Shown here: positions 37,924 to 48,140 of the stretch, in pieces | How the letters are laid out: every line of letters begins with the position of its first letter | How positions within the stretch are numbered: the stretch's first letter is position 1 | Origin: Candidatus Binatia bacterium | GTDB lineage: Bacteria; Desulfobacterota; Binatia; Bin18 | Reading direction: 5' to 3' | Assembly: GCA_963664395.2 (NCBI GenBank) | Contig: OY761159.2 | Span: 1 to 64,000 of the forward strand | DNA length: 64,000 nt | Program-made: the position numbers and the translations under genes | Notes under the pieces: model-generated | What the model was told of the DNA's origin: nothing | Seen by the model: only the letters and a program-made list of their open reading frames with translations | The model's database searches: none

Positions 37924-39381
37924 TTACTCCCGCCCATTCAGATAGTCAGGCAGACGCGCGGCCTTATAGGTCTTGGCTGATTCGAGCTGTTCTTCGGTCA
38001 GTCCCTGCACCCCACTTAAATCGGCACCGGTTAAATTTGCCCCGGCCAGGTCGGCTTCGTGCAGGTCTGCTCGTTGCAGCGAACTGCCGGTCATGTCGGC
38101 TCCGGTGAGAATGGCATAGCGCAGGATGGCTCCACTCAGATCAGCCCCGTTCAGATCAGCGCCTTCCAAGGTCACGCCTGCCAGGGCGGCATCACGCAGG
38201 TTTGCGCCGGCCAGGCGAACTACCTTACCTTTCTTGTTGACGATATCCCAGACCAGACGCCATTTCGCGTCCAGCATAGTCCGGTCGTCAATTTTTGCGC
38301 CAGACAACTCGGCGCCCGCCATATTAGCACCCGTCAGATTGGCGCCCTTCAAATTGGCGCCGCTGAAGTCTGTCTGTCTTAATTCCGCCCCGCTCAGGTC
38401 AGCACCTTCCAAAGTCGCGCCCACCAGATTGGTTTGAAACAGATCTGCGCCAACAAGTTTTGCCTGGCTCAGGTTGGTTTGAAACAGATGAGCCTTATGC
38501 AAGTTCGCCGCTTTGAGGTTCGCCCCCGCCAAGTTTGCGCCACGCAGTTTCGCCCCAATCAAATCCGCCTCTTCAAGGTCCGCCCCGTGCAGGTCCGCTT
38601 CTATGAGGCCGGCTCCAATAAGATCAACACCAACCAGAATGGCCCCAGGCAGTTTGATCCCTTCGAGCTTTGCTTCACGCAAGTCAGCGCCATACAGATT
38701 GGCTCCGGCAAGATTCGCCCCAATCAGATTGGTACGGTTCAGGTTCGTCCATTGTAAATTGACGTGCCCAAGATTGACGCCTTGGAGCTCGGCATCTGAC
38801 AAGTTGGCGTTCTGCAAGTCGGCCCGAGTTAATTGGGCATCCAGAAAATTGGCATAGCGCAAGTGAGTTCCAACCAGTCGCGTCCCGGTCAGATTCGCCC
38901 CACGCAGGTCGGCTTCGCTCAAATCCGCTTCTGAGAGATCAGCCTCCTGTAAGTTACTTCCACTCAAATCGGCCCGGACTAAACGGGCACCGCTCAGGCG
39001 TATTCCCTGGAGATTGAGCCCGCTCAGAGACAGGTTCTGACAGACTGTGTCTTCACAGGAAGAAAAGAAGCGCGCGGCCCAGCCCTCAAGAATACGGGCA
39101 TTCGGCGTTTCAGTTTCGGGAGCGCGCCACAGGAGGTCCACAAAACGAGGGGCGGATTGAACCTCCAGCCTACGGACCCTATCAAATATCTGCATGCCGG
39201 TTTCAAGTGCGCCCTTATTCTCCGCCCCGACCAGAGAGAAAAACGTGGCCTGTTGCAGGGCCGCGTACTGGACGGCCCGCTCGTGGCGGGCCAGCAAAAA
39301 AGCATACCTGCCCGTGTATGCGGCACTCAGCACGATCAGGCCCAGGAGGCTCCAGGCAAGGGTTTTCACACCGATGGTCAT
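37924..39381 (-). CDS. Membrane-anchored pentapeptide-repeat protein
   Basis: N-terminal TM helix, then dozens of A(D/N)LxG-type pentapeptides with one interruption (LDAKWRLVWDIVN). Confidence 0.9.
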   Translation of the reverse strand: MTIGVKTLAWSLLGLIVLSAAYTGRYAFLLARHERAVQYAALQQATFFSLVGAENKGALETGMQIFDRVRRLEVQSAPRFVDLLWRAPETETPNARILEGWAARFFSSCEDTVCQNLSLSGLNLQGIRLSGARLVRADLSGSNLQEADLSEADLSEADLRGANLTGTRLVGTHLRYANFLDAQLTRADLQNANLSDAELQGVNLGHVNLQWTNLNRTNLIGANLAGANLYGADLREAKLEGIKLPGAILVGVDLIGAGLIEADLHGADLEEADLIGAKLRGANLAGANLKAANLHKAHLFQTNLSQAKLVGADLFQTNLVGATLEGADLSGAELRQTDFSGANLKGANLTGANMAGAELSGAKIDDRTMLDAKWRLVWDIVNKKGKVVRLAGANLRDAALAGVTLEGADLNGADLSGAILRYAILTGADMTGSSLQRADLHEADLAGANLTGADLSGVQGLTEEQLESAKTYKAARLPDYLNGRE

Positions 39382-39401
39382 CGCAGATGAGAAATTGCCG
39401 T

Positions 39402-40313
39402 TCAGTTCAGCGAACCCAGGAAATCAACCGTTCGCTCAAAGGCCGTGTCATCGGCATGAAAGACAAAGGCACACAGGTCGGTTACTCCGATATCTTCCAA
39501 GCGCTTGACCTCATCTTTTATGACACCGGCGTCGCCGGCCAGAATCATGTCAACCGGAGCCTGGGCTCCACCTCGATCCAGCATGTCCCGGTAGGCCGGT
39601 AGTTGGCCATAAATAGCGAAGACCTTTGCCGCCACTTCGAGGGCGTTCTGCCGCTCATCGGTGACAGCCATAGGCACACCGGCAATGACGCGCGGCGCGG
39701 GTGCCCCGGCCGCTTGGGCCGCTGCGGTGATACGCGGTACGACATGTTCTTTGAGCGCCTTATGACCGGCCATCCAGGTAACGGTACCCTGGGCCTCACG
39801 TCCACACAGGTCAAGCATTTTTGGGCCGAGCGCGGCCAGCACGAGCGGGACCGGGTCGGCCCCCTGGACCGCGACCTCAAGATTTGCGCGATATTCTTCG
39901 CCTTGGTACTTCACCGCCTCGCCGCGCAATATCGGTTTCAAAACACTCAGATAGTCGCGCATATGCGCCATATGGCGGGTATACGACATGCCGAACATGC
40001 CCTCAATCACCATTTGATGCGACAGCCCGATTCCCAGCGTAAAACGGCCCTTGCACGCCGCTTGTGTCGTCAGAGCAGCCTGGCCCATCACCACGGGGTG
40101 GCGCGGATAGGTCGGCACGACAGCCGTTCCGAGTTCGATACGTGTGGTCTCTCGGCCCACCAAGGCGAGCAGATTAATGGCGTCGTGTGAGAAAATCTGC
40201 GCCAGCCAGCCAGTGTCGAGCCCGACCTCCTCAGCGCGCTGCGCCCGCCGAATCACTTCATCCATGCTGGGCGACTCGCCCGCCCCTTCGCCAATCATCA
40301 TACCAATACGCAT
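39402..40313 (-). CDS. LLM-class, probably F420-dependent oxidoreductase
   Basis: AAAGGA RBS before the ATG at 40313. Motifs IELGTAVVPTYPRHP, GRFTLGIGLSH, LAALGPKML. Confidence 0.88.
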   Translation of the reverse strand: MRIGMMIGEGAGESPSMDEVIRRAQRAEEVGLDTGWLAQIFSHDAINLLALVGRETTRIELGTAVVPTYPRHPVVMGQAALTTQAACKGRFTLGIGLSHQMVIEGMFGMSYTRHMAHMRDYLSVLKPILRGEAVKYQGEEYRANLEVAVQGADPVPLVLAALGPKMLDLCGREAQGTVTWMAGHKALKEHVVPRITAAAQAAGAPAPRVIAGVPMAVTDERQNALEVAAKVFAIYGQLPAYRDMLDRGGAQAPVDMILAGDAGVIKDEVKRLEDIGVTDLCAFVFHADDTAFERTVDFLGSLN

Positions 40314-40440
40314 CCGTGTGTCCTTTCTTCCGTGCGTTGACTTTTGCGATGCCCACACGAGATATATAGAGAAACACGAGAGCCGTCCATTCATGAACAG
40401 ATGAGATGACAGCAGCGAGATAACCAAAGGGAGAACTGAT

Positions 40441-41688
40441 ATGCCAGCGTCCAATCCAGACCGTTCAAAGCTACTCAGCGGCATCACCGTACTCGACTTT
40501 ACTCATGCCTTAGCCGGACCAACCTGCACCCGGATTCTGAGTGATCTTGGGGCCGAAGTCATCAAACTTGAGCCCGCGCCGAATGGGGAATTCGGTCGGA
40601 GTCTTTTTCTGGTCAATGGGGACCAGGGTTCGATGTTTCTCTATACCTGCGCCGGTAAGAAAAGCCTGTGCGTGGATCTGAAAAAGCCGGACGGAATGAA
40701 AATCGCCAAAGGACTGGTCGCCAAGGTGGACGTGATGGTTGAAAACTTTGCGCCCGGAGTCATGGCACGTCTCGGCCTGGACTATGAGAGTGTGGCCCGG
40801 ATCAATCCCAAGATCATCATGGCTTCCTGTTCGGGCTTTGGCCAGACCGGCCCGTTATCTAAGAACACCAGTTACGACATCATCGGACAGGCCATGAGCA
40901 GCGTCATGCACATGACCGGCGACCCGGACGGCCCGCCCCAGTACGTCGGCAATTATATTGGAGATACCAACACCGGCGTGCATGCCGCCCTGGCGGTGTG
41001 TGCGGCGCTCTTCTATCGGGACCGCAGCGGCAAAGGCCAGTTGATCGATATCGCCCAGGTTGATGCGCTCTTCTTCATGGATATGATCAACGTTCCCCTG
41101 TACGCCCTCACAAACGGTGAGCAAAACCCGAAGCGCTTTGGCGCGCACCACTTCGGGATTGCACCCCTCGGCGTCTTCAAAGGCAAAGAGGGCTATATCG
41201 TGCTCCAGGCGGTGGAGCATCAATTTCCCCAACTGGCAAAAGCCATGGGCCGAGAAGACCTGGTGACCGATCCGAAGTTCGGGACGAATGCGCAACGGCT
41301 CGAAAACCGGGACGAACTCGTAGCCATGATCGAAGCCTGGATACGGTCCTTCCCGAGCGATGACGAGGCACTGCAAGCGCTGGCGGAGGCCCGCATTCCC
41401 TGCGCGCCTATTCTCGATGTGGGCCAGGCCTTTAATCACCCTCACATCCGAGCGCGCGGCATGATCACTGAAGTCGAGCATCCCGTGTTTGGCCGGATGG
41501 AGATCACCAATACGCCCTTCGTCTTTTCTGAAACTCCACGCGAAGTTCAGGGTCCGGCGCCGCTCGTTGGCCAGCATAACGCGGCGATTCTCAGCACCCA
41601 TCTGGGCTATTCCGCACAAGAGATTGCCCGGCTCACTGAGGCCGGGGTTCTGGCTGAGGAAGAGCGGGTGAAGGAGCTGTCAGAGTAG
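40441..41688 (+). CDS. Family III CoA-transferase (CaiB/BaiF)
   Basis: VLDFTHALAGP, GAEVIKLE, VENFAPG, SGFGQTGP, IGDTNTG. Confidence 0.92.
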   Translation: MPASNPDRSKLLSGITVLDFTHALAGPTCTRILSDLGAEVIKLEPAPNGEFGRSLFLVNGDQGSMFLYTCAGKKSLCVDLKKPDGMKIAKGLVAKVDVMVENFAPGVMARLGLDYESVARINPKIIMASCSGFGQTGPLSKNTSYDIIGQAMSSVMHMTGDPDGPPQYVGNYIGDTNTGVHAALAVCAALFYRDRSGKGQLIDIAQVDALFFMDMINVPLYALTNGEQNPKRFGAHHFGIAPLGVFKGKEGYIVLQAVEHQFPQLAKAMGREDLVTDPKFGTNAQRLENRDELVAMIEAWIRSFPSDDEALQALAEARIPCAPILDVGQAFNHPHIRARGMITEVEHPVFGRMEITNTPFVFSETPREVQGPAPLVGQHNAAILSTHLGYSAQEIARLTEAGVLAEEERVKELSE

Positions 41689-41768
41689 AATACTGCATAA
41701 ATCTCTCCGGTCGGCATCGGATGGACGCGTATCTCACTGCAAGCTGCTTCTTATCGCTCGCCTAAGCC

Positions 41769-42194
41769 TCATTCTGGTACACTTTCCACCCAACAGAGAT
41801 GGGAGCCAAATTCACTACCATTGAGCGCATTGAAGAATTTCCTGTCCGCAGTGACCATTTCTCCCGTCAGCCTGATAGCGAGCGCCAAATAGAGGCAATC
41901 GTACAGACTGCGTTGAGTCAAATGAGCCAGATCGAAGGCGAGCGCTAAAGATTCTTCATCCGGATGAATGGACAAGGGAAGTCTTTGAAACAAGGCAAAT
42001 ATGGATTCACTTTCCGCAATCGTCACCTCGTTGCGTCTGACCTTTTTGCACAGGACGTTTCCAAATTCTACAATCGAGAATGCGGGGAGGTACAGTTGAT
42101 GAGTTGGGGCATGGAGCCGTAGGGCCGCCTCACTGTGGATTTCCGGTAAGAACCATTTAACGGCAACGCTGGTATCAACAACATAGGTGCTCAC
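41769..42194 (-). CDS. vapC: VapC/PIN toxin (FitB-like)
   Basis: VVDTSVAVKWF, YDCLYLALA, VTAD; 4-nt overlap with the antitoxin. Confidence 0.9.
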   Translation of the reverse strand: MSTYVVDTSVAVKWFLPEIHSEAALRLHAPTHQLYLPAFSIVEFGNVLCKKVRRNEVTIAESESIFALFQRLPLSIHPDEESLALAFDLAHLTQRSLYDCLYLALAIRLTGEMVTADRKFFNALNGSEFGSHLCWVESVPE

Positions 42195-42427
42195 CGTTTA
42201 CGGTCCTCTCGGATAAGCGGCGCGCTATCAGTGAAAGTTCGCCGCGACTTTTTCATTTTTGCTCGAAACTGCTTAACCCTCTGCCACGCATCCATCCCAT
42301 CAGGCCGTGCCGCTTGTTCGAGTAACAGCTTCAACTCAGCCTGGAGGGAGCGTCCGTTCCCTACAGCCCGCTTCTTCAGTTGAGCAACAGTTTTTTCGTC
42401 TAAGTTTCGCACAAGTACCTGAGCCAT
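42191..42427 (-). CDS. FitA-like ribbon-helix-helix antitoxin
   Basis: MAQVLVRNLDE...LKKRAVGNGRSLQAE...DSAPLIREDR; GGAGGT RBS. Confidence 0.9.
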   Translation of the reverse strand: MAQVLVRNLDEKTVAQLKKRAVGNGRSLQAELKLLLEQAARPDGMDAWQRVKQFRAKMKKSRRTFTDSAPLIREDRKR

Positions 42428-42453
42428 GACGCACCACCTCCAGCATTTGTTAG

Positions 42454-42475
42454 TGCTGATATCAAAGTGATAGCA
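42454..42475 (-). promoter_or_regulatory. Probable FitA-type operator
   Basis: Minus strand reads TGCTATCActtTGATATCAgca. TGCTATCA is the half-site known for Neisseria FitAB autoregulation. Confidence 0.6.
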
Positions 42476-42596
42476 TTAGGGGCAAGCCCCAGGTCAGGGG
42501 AGCCGTCAGCAAACTCGTCAATATATGCTGATGTCAGGTAGCTACTCCAGCTTTCGGCTACCCTTCCCAAGGAAGGAACTCGATCCTGACCTGTTC

Positions 42597-43475
42597 TTAC
42601 TCCGCGGTAGGCCCGATCCCCGCGACTGTCGTGCGATACATGACCCTGCGGTAGCGGGCTTTGTCCCAGGGGCGACCGCGGTGAAGACAGCAGCGGTTGT
42701 CCCAGATCACGAGATCGTTGTCGCGCCAGGTGTGGCGAAGGGTGTATTTGGGCTGAGTGGCGATGGCAGTCAGTTCTCTGAGCAGCGCCCGACCTTCTTC
42801 GAGCGGCATCCCGCGGACATGTGACGCGTGGGCCCCGGCATAGAAATTCTCGCGGCCGTTGGCCGGGTTGGCCCGGACCACCGCCTGCGGCACCGGCGGG
42901 GTCTCCCGCTTCTGTTTCTCGGTCATCAGCTTCGGATCAATCAAGCTGCGGTTGTAGGCAAAATCGTGAATGGCGACGAGCGGATCGATCCGCTCGCGCA
43001 TGGCTGCGGACAGGTCGGCGTAGGCGGCCCGCTCGGTCGCAAACTCGGTCTCGCCCCCAGTCGGCGGCACTTCGCTGCCGGACAGCAGAGAAGCGGTTGC
43101 CGGGACACGCTTGAACGAGCTGTCGGTATGCCACATTTCGTTGCCCGAGTTAAAGACCATGCGTCTATCTGTCGGCGGGATAATGGCCTTGGTGCCCGGC
43201 TCAACGTTTGAGAGGTCGGCAATCTCCGTCCCGCCGCCGGCATTTTGGACGACGGTTTTCTCCAGTCCGCCAAAGTTGCCGATCTCGGAAAAGAGCCGAC
43301 TGAAACGAATCTGCTGCTCGTCGTTGATTCTCTGATCGTGGAAAACAAGGATGGAGTACTCGTTAAATAAATCGACGATGTCACGCATGGCCGTTTCGCT
43401 GACCCCAGCCGCGATATCCACCCCATCGACTGCTGCGCCAAAGACATCTGTAATTTTTGAGAACGATACGGCCAT
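42597..43475 (-). CDS. TauD/TfdA-family alpha-ketoglutarate-dependent dioxygenase
   Basis: AGGAGG RBS, WHTDSSF (HxD), GGETEF, WDNRCCLHRG, YRTT. Confidence 0.92.
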   Translation of the reverse strand: MAVSFSKITDVFGAAVDGVDIAAGVSETAMRDIVDLFNEYSILVFHDQRINDEQQIRFSRLFSEIGNFGGLEKTVVQNAGGGTEIADLSNVEPGTKAIIPPTDRRMVFNSGNEMWHTDSSFKRVPATASLLSGSEVPPTGGETEFATERAAYADLSAAMRERIDPLVAIHDFAYNRSLIDPKLMTEKQKRETPPVPQAVVRANPANGRENFYAGAHASHVRGMPLEEGRALLRELTAIATQPKYTLRHTWRDNDLVIWDNRCCLHRGRPWDKARYRRVMYRTTVAGIGPTAE

Positions 43476-43506
43476 GATCATTTCCTCCTGAAAAGCGCAA
43501 CAGTTC

Positions 43507-44247
43507 TCAGCTGGCCTGGTCCTGTGCGAATTCCGCGAGTTCCGCGAGTTCCGCGAGTTCATAGCGCCAGCCACTCTGAAGCATCCACAACCGATGGCGC
43601 CTTCCCGGCTCATCGACATGCGCTGATTCGTATCCGGCGTCGCCGCGGTACAGCGAACAATAGCCGCCCTCGACTTTCTCAAGCTTTGGGAAAAAGATGT
43701 CCGGCTCACGTCCACGTACATACCCAAGCGCATCCTTGACCGTCTCGAAAGCTGAGAGCTTCGTGAGCGAGACAAACGTCGGCGGCGGCAGCTCAAGCTC
43801 GCCTGCCTGCCGCGCCTCCAGCGCCTCGTGCGGGCACATCCATTTATGGGCGTTGATTTCTACGCCATCGACCTGAACGGCACCTTTGCCGGCTTGGGCG
43901 ACAAAGAACCAGGTTGAAAAACGTTTCGGTCGAACCAGCGGTGTGGTCCAGTGTGAAAAATAGAGCAGCACCTCTTTCGAGAGGCTAAGGCCGGCTTCTT
44001 CATGCGCCTCGCGGACAGCGGCCTGCCGGGCGGCAGCCAGTATATCGTTCGGCGCATCCGGATTATAATCTTCCGGGTCAATATGGCCACCGGGGAATAC
44101 CCAGGCTCCACCATGAAAGGCAGTTTTTGAGTTCCGGCGTAATAGCAGGACTTCAATACTTTTTGGGCTTTTTTGGCTGGTATCCGAATCTCGGAGCACA
44201 ATGACGGTAGCCGCAGGGGCCGGTGTCGAAGTTTCGTTTTCTGGCAT
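43507..44247 (-). CDS. NUDIX hydrolase
   Basis: VFPGGHID...AAVREAHEEAG, HWTTP, KRFSTWFF. The C-terminal ELA repeats come from a 9-bp tandem repeat at 43526-43560. Confidence 0.88.
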   Translation of the reverse strand: MPENETSTPAPAATVIVLRDSDTSQKSPKSIEVLLLRRNSKTAFHGGAWVFPGGHIDPEDYNPDAPNDILAAARQAAVREAHEEAGLSLSKEVLLYFSHWTTPLVRPKRFSTWFFVAQAGKGAVQVDGVEINAHKWMCPHEALEARQAGELELPPPTFVSLTKLSAFETVKDALGYVRGREPDIFFPKLEKVEGGYCSLYRGDAGYESAHVDEPGRRHRLWMLQSGWRYELAELAELAEFAQDQAS

Positions 44248-44290
44248 GGGCCGAATGTAACCGAGATGTGGCCTTGTGAATAGATACAGA

Positions 44291-44328
44291 AAACGCCCGG
44301 AGTCCGTACATCAGAACTCCGGGCGTTT
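44291..44328. terminator. Hairpin terminator downstream of the cupin gene
   Basis: AAACGCCCGGAGT / ACTCCGGGCGTTT inverted repeat. Confidence 0.75.
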
Positions 44329-44360
44329 GTGACTGACACGCTATTCAGCGACGAGGCGGC

Positions 44361-44888
44361 CTAGGCGGCTTTCTTCTTCGCCGTCCGTTTTCCGGCTGTC
44401 ACGCCCTTTTTCGACGCTGTTCTTTTCCGCGCCGCGGCTTTCTTTTTAGAAGCTGCGTGGGCTTGCTGCATACGCCGAATCTCTTCCCAACCGAGATAGC
44501 CGGTGAACTCGTCTTTGCCAAAAAATATGACCGGACCGTCACACATGAACAGGTATTCCGTATCTTCCAGGGCGGTAGTGGCTCCGTGGACCATACCGTT
44601 GGCCTCATGGACATAATCGCCGGCATTAAACATCCCGCCCCGGACTTTGAGTTTGCCCGAAAGAATATAGGTATGCGCCGCACTCAGATGTTTATGCGGG
44701 GGGGCCACATAGCCTTTGAGCCAACGGAAATGCACCATCCAGCGGCCGCTCTCTTCTCCGGTCCACAGCACCTTCATAAAGGCGCGTTCGGGATCATCCG
44801 GGTTGGGAATCCAATCCGCATCCGACGCCGGCGTGATGGCATCCATCAGTTCACTGTTCACCGGGCGAATATCCTGCGGTAGTGCCAT
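44361..44888 (-). CDS. ChrR-like cupin (2,4'-dihydroxyacetophenone dioxygenase-like) with Lys/Ala-rich tail
   Basis: PPHKH...YILSG...GDYVHEANGMVH; tail ASKKKAAARKRTASKKGVTAGKRTAKKKAA. Confidence 0.8.
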   Translation of the reverse strand: MALPQDIRPVNSELMDAITPASDADWIPNPDDPERAFMKVLWTGEESGRWMVHFRWLKGYVAPPHKHLSAAHTYILSGKLKVRGGMFNAGDYVHEANGMVHGATTALEDTEYLFMCDGPVIFFGKDEFTGYLGWEEIRRMQQAHAASKKKAAARKRTASKKGVTAGKRTAKKKAA

Positions 44889-45057
44889 AGGGTCTTTCCT
44901 CCTTCATACGTAATATGGAATCGACTCCGCGTCTCTCTACATGCCTGTCCGTGCGTCGGGATGCAAGCCGCTCTGCCCTTTCTCAGCCGCGTGACACTCG
45001 ATACAGTATGGTAGCTTTTTTCACGGTGGACAACTTTCAGAAGAGGGGCAGTCAGCC

Positions 45058-45798
45058 ATGCACGAGATTGATTTTAGCAAGAAAACGGTTCTGGTTATTG
45101 GCGGATCGAGCGGCATAGGAAACGGTATAGCGCGACGGTTTCGCGATCACGGCGCGCAGGTTTTTGTCTCCGGCACCCGTGCATCAGCACAAGAGTACGC
45201 GGACGAAGAAGGCTCCGAACTGGACGGCCTGCACTATTTCCAATGGGACGTCTCACGCGACAGCAATGTCGCATCCCTGCAACCGCCCTTTGACTCACTC
45301 GATGTGCTGGTCGTCTCACAGGGCATCGTCGAGTATAGGCGAGCGGAGTTTCAGATGCCAACCTTCAGGAAAGTGCTGGACGTCAACCTCATGAGCGTCA
45401 TGAGTAGTTGCACCAAGTTTCACCCCATGCTGGTCAAAACACACGGCAGCATCATTATGCTCGGCTCGGGAGCGAGCTTTTTCTCTGTGATGGGGAATCC
45501 CGCGTATAGCGCCAGTAAGGGCGCGCTCGTCACCCTGACCAAAACGCTGGCCGAGGCCTGGGCCGGGGATGGCATCCGGGTGAACGGTATTGCCCCAGGC
45601 TTGATTGCGACCAAGATCACCAAGGTCACCTGGGACCATCCGCGCCGCTATCAGGATTCGCTTGACTCTATTCCCATGAGACGCTGGGGGACACCGGAGG
45701 ACATGGGCGGGATTGCCTTGTTTCTGGCCTCGCCTCTGGCGGCGTATCTCACCGGCCAGATGTTGATTGCCGATGGAGGCATGAGCCTGGGCTTGTAA
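45058..45798 (+). CDS. Short-chain dehydrogenase/reductase
   Basis: GGSSGIG, YSASK, IRVNGIAPG. Confidence 0.92.
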   Translation: MHEIDFSKKTVLVIGGSSGIGNGIARRFRDHGAQVFVSGTRASAQEYADEEGSELDGLHYFQWDVSRDSNVASLQPPFDSLDVLVVSQGIVEYRRAEFQMPTFRKVLDVNLMSVMSSCTKFHPMLVKTHGSIIMLGSGASFFSVMGNPAYSASKGALVTLTKTLAEAWAGDGIRVNGIAPGLIATKITKVTWDHPRRYQDSLDSIPMRRWGTPEDMGGIALFLASPLAAYLTGQMLIADGGMSLGL

Positions 45799-45819
45799 GC
45801 AGCGCGGTGTGCACACCCT

Positions 45820-47355
45820 ATGGAATGGTATGGCTCGCCCATCGCCCTCCTCCCGCCGCTGGTCACGATTGGCCTGGCGATTGTCACCCAACGGGTTCGC
45901 CTCTCACTGAGCATCGGCCTGGGGTTCGGGGCGCTCCTCGCCACCCAACTCGACCCCCTGGCCGCAGCGATGCTGATGGCCGGTTTTCTCTTCCACGAGG
46001 CGCTTGCTGCCAACAATATCCTCATTACGACTTTTTCCCTCCTCGTTGCCGGCATGGTCGCGGTCATTGAACACAATGGCGGCACCATCGCTCTGGTCCG
46101 CAAGGCAGAACGGGTCGTACGCGGCCCGCGGAGCGCCATGGCTGCCAGTTGGTTGGCCGGTCTGTTCGTCTTCTTTGACGATTATGCCAACTGCCTGATG
46201 GTCGGCACCACCTTTCGCCCCCTGTACGATCGCCACCGGCTTTCGCACGCCAAGCTCGCCTATATTGTGGATTCGACTGCGGCGCCGGTTGCTTCGTTTG
46301 CCGTTATCTCAACCTGGATCGGCTACGAGCTGGGGCTGCTCGCCGATGCGCTCGCAGGCGTTCCGCTGGCCGGTGGTCTCCTGGTCTTCTTTGTGAGCAC
46401 CCTGCCGTTTCGTTTTTACAGCATTTATTCTTTGGCCTTTGTTGGCGCAGTTGCCCTGTCAGGCCGGGACTTTGGGCCCATGGCTCGTCTGGAACAGGAA
46501 ACGCGAGCCGCTCTGCCCGCGTTCGAGCAGGGTGATACGCCTGAGCCCGCTCAGTCCGCCTGGCTGGCGGCGGGCCCTATTCTAAGTCTCCTGCTGGCGA
46601 CCTTGGTCTGTTTATATGTGGACGGTCGAGCCAGTGCAGGAGCGAGTGGTCCGGCCAATCCCACCCTCCTGTCGATTATGGGGGCGGCCGATGCCTATCG
46701 GTCTATGGCATTGGGTGCTGGCACTGCTCTCGTTGTTGCCATCGGGCTGTCCTTATCCAGCCAGACCCTTACACTCCCCGGAGCGCTCCGGGCGAGCTGG
46801 CACGGCATGCGGCGTATTCTTGGCGCGCTGGTGATTCTGTATCTGGCCTGGGGGTTAGGGGCAGCCCTCGAAACCATCGGCACGGCTCACGCCTTGGCCA
46901 ATTTACTCACCGACAACGTGACCGCGTGGAGCCTGCCCACGCTGACATTTCTGGTGGCAGCGACGGTCTCTTTTGCCACGGGAAGCTCATTCAGTACGAT
47001 GGCCATTCTCATTCCGCTGGTTGTTCCCCTGGCCGTTACCCTTGCAGCTGGGACAGCCGGCCCGCCTGTCCTGGCCACGGTCGGGGCCGTCCTCGCCGGC
47101 GCCTGTTTTGGCGACCATATCTCGCCGATTTCAGACACGACGATATTGTCCGCGACCGCCAGCGGAGTCGAGGTCATCACCCATGTGCGGACGCAGTTAC
47201 CGTATGCCCTCACCGTTGGGGCGCTTTCGCTGTGTCTGGGTTATCTGCCGGCCGGGTTTGGCGTTTCGCCCTTTATTTTACTCCCTCTGGGAGTTGGCCT
47301 GGGGGCCGCGCTGGTATGGGGTTTAGGACGAAGGGGGGAGGCGGACGATGCATAG
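45820..47355 (+). CDS. Na+/H+ antiporter NhaC-family transporter
   Basis: FFDDYAN, KLAYIVDSTAAP, SFATGSSF, GDHISPISDTTILSA, HVRTQLPYA. Confidence 0.88.
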   Translation: MEWYGSPIALLPPLVTIGLAIVTQRVRLSLSIGLGFGALLATQLDPLAAAMLMAGFLFHEALAANNILITTFSLLVAGMVAVIEHNGGTIALVRKAERVVRGPRSAMAASWLAGLFVFFDDYANCLMVGTTFRPLYDRHRLSHAKLAYIVDSTAAPVASFAVISTWIGYELGLLADALAGVPLAGGLLVFFVSTLPFRFYSIYSLAFVGAVALSGRDFGPMARLEQETRAALPAFEQGDTPEPAQSAWLAAGPILSLLLATLVCLYVDGRASAGASGPANPTLLSIMGAADAYRSMALGAGTALVVAIGLSLSSQTLTLPGALRASWHGMRRILGALVILYLAWGLGAALETIGTAHALANLLTDNVTAWSLPTLTFLVAATVSFATGSSFSTMAILIPLVVPLAVTLAAGTAGPPVLATVGAVLAGACFGDHISPISDTTILSATASGVEVITHVRTQLPYALTVGALSLCLGYLPAGFGVSPFILLPLGVGLGAALVWGLGRRGEADDA

Positions 47356-47432
47356 CCGGGGCTGGCAACTCTTGCAGTCGCCCAGCCCGGCGAACAGTGC
47401 GGCTTCGGGTTGGAATTTTTTGACGCAGACAC

Positions 47433-48113
47433 CTACTCAATCATCTCGGCCCCGCCCCAGACAAAATTCAGGGCCGTCGCTCCGTTTTTGCTCGTCACGG
47501 TGTGGGTACAGCCGTTGGGTCGATAGCTCATATTGCCTGTCGGCACGGGGCCGGACTCATCTTCGTTTTCCCCTTCGATCACAAAGATGAGTTCATCCCC
47601 ATTATGGCGATGCAAGGGCAACACCGACCCCGGCTCAAAACGCGCGAGCGCCGCCCGTCGCCCGGCAGCCTGATCTTCCCAAACGGCTTTCAGGCGGATG
47701 CCCGGTCGCGCCTCAACCCATTCCAGCTCGCTCAGCGAAAAGACCTGGGACGCTGGGGCCTCCCCCCGTTCGGTCACGGGCTCCACACCACCGGTGAGAA
47801 TCGCAATAGCCGTTGCCCCGGTGCTGCTCGACACGCTGTGGACGCAGCCGTCGGGTCGATAGCCCATATTGCCCGCGGTTATCGTGCCAAACTCGTCCGA
47901 CAGGGTTCCTTCGATGATATAGACCAGTTCGTCGCCCACATGCTTGTGGGTGGGCATGCGCAGGCCGGGTGTGAGCCGTGTCATCAGCGCCCGCCGGTTG
48001 GTTTTTTCGTCAACCCACAGGCTGCGGGCTTGCACGCCCGGCATCAATTCCTGCCATTCAAAGTCGTTGACCGCAATAAGCCGTGACCGCGGGCCCTCGT
48101 GCTGTGCTGCCAT
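47433..48113 (-). CDS. Tandem ChrR-like cupin domain protein
   Basis: Two similar domains (HKHVGDELVYIIEG..YRPDGCVH; HRHNGDELIFVIEG..YRPNGCTH). Confidence 0.85.
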   Translation of the reverse strand: MAAQHEGPRSRLIAVNDFEWQELMPGVQARSLWVDEKTNRRALMTRLTPGLRMPTHKHVGDELVYIIEGTLSDEFGTITAGNMGYRPDGCVHSVSSSTGATAIAILTGGVEPVTERGEAPASQVFSLSELEWVEARPGIRLKAVWEDQAAGRRAALARFEPGSVLPLHRHNGDELIFVIEGENEDESGPVPTGNMSYRPNGCTHTVTSKNGATALNFVWGGAEMIE

Positions 48114-48140
48114 ATCCCCTCCTGTGACGGAAACGGGTCG

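Noticed and set aside
43476-43796. N-terminal extension of the TauD ORF (42597..43796)
   Set aside because: It overlaps the NUDIX gene in another frame; the RBS and domain start are at 43475.
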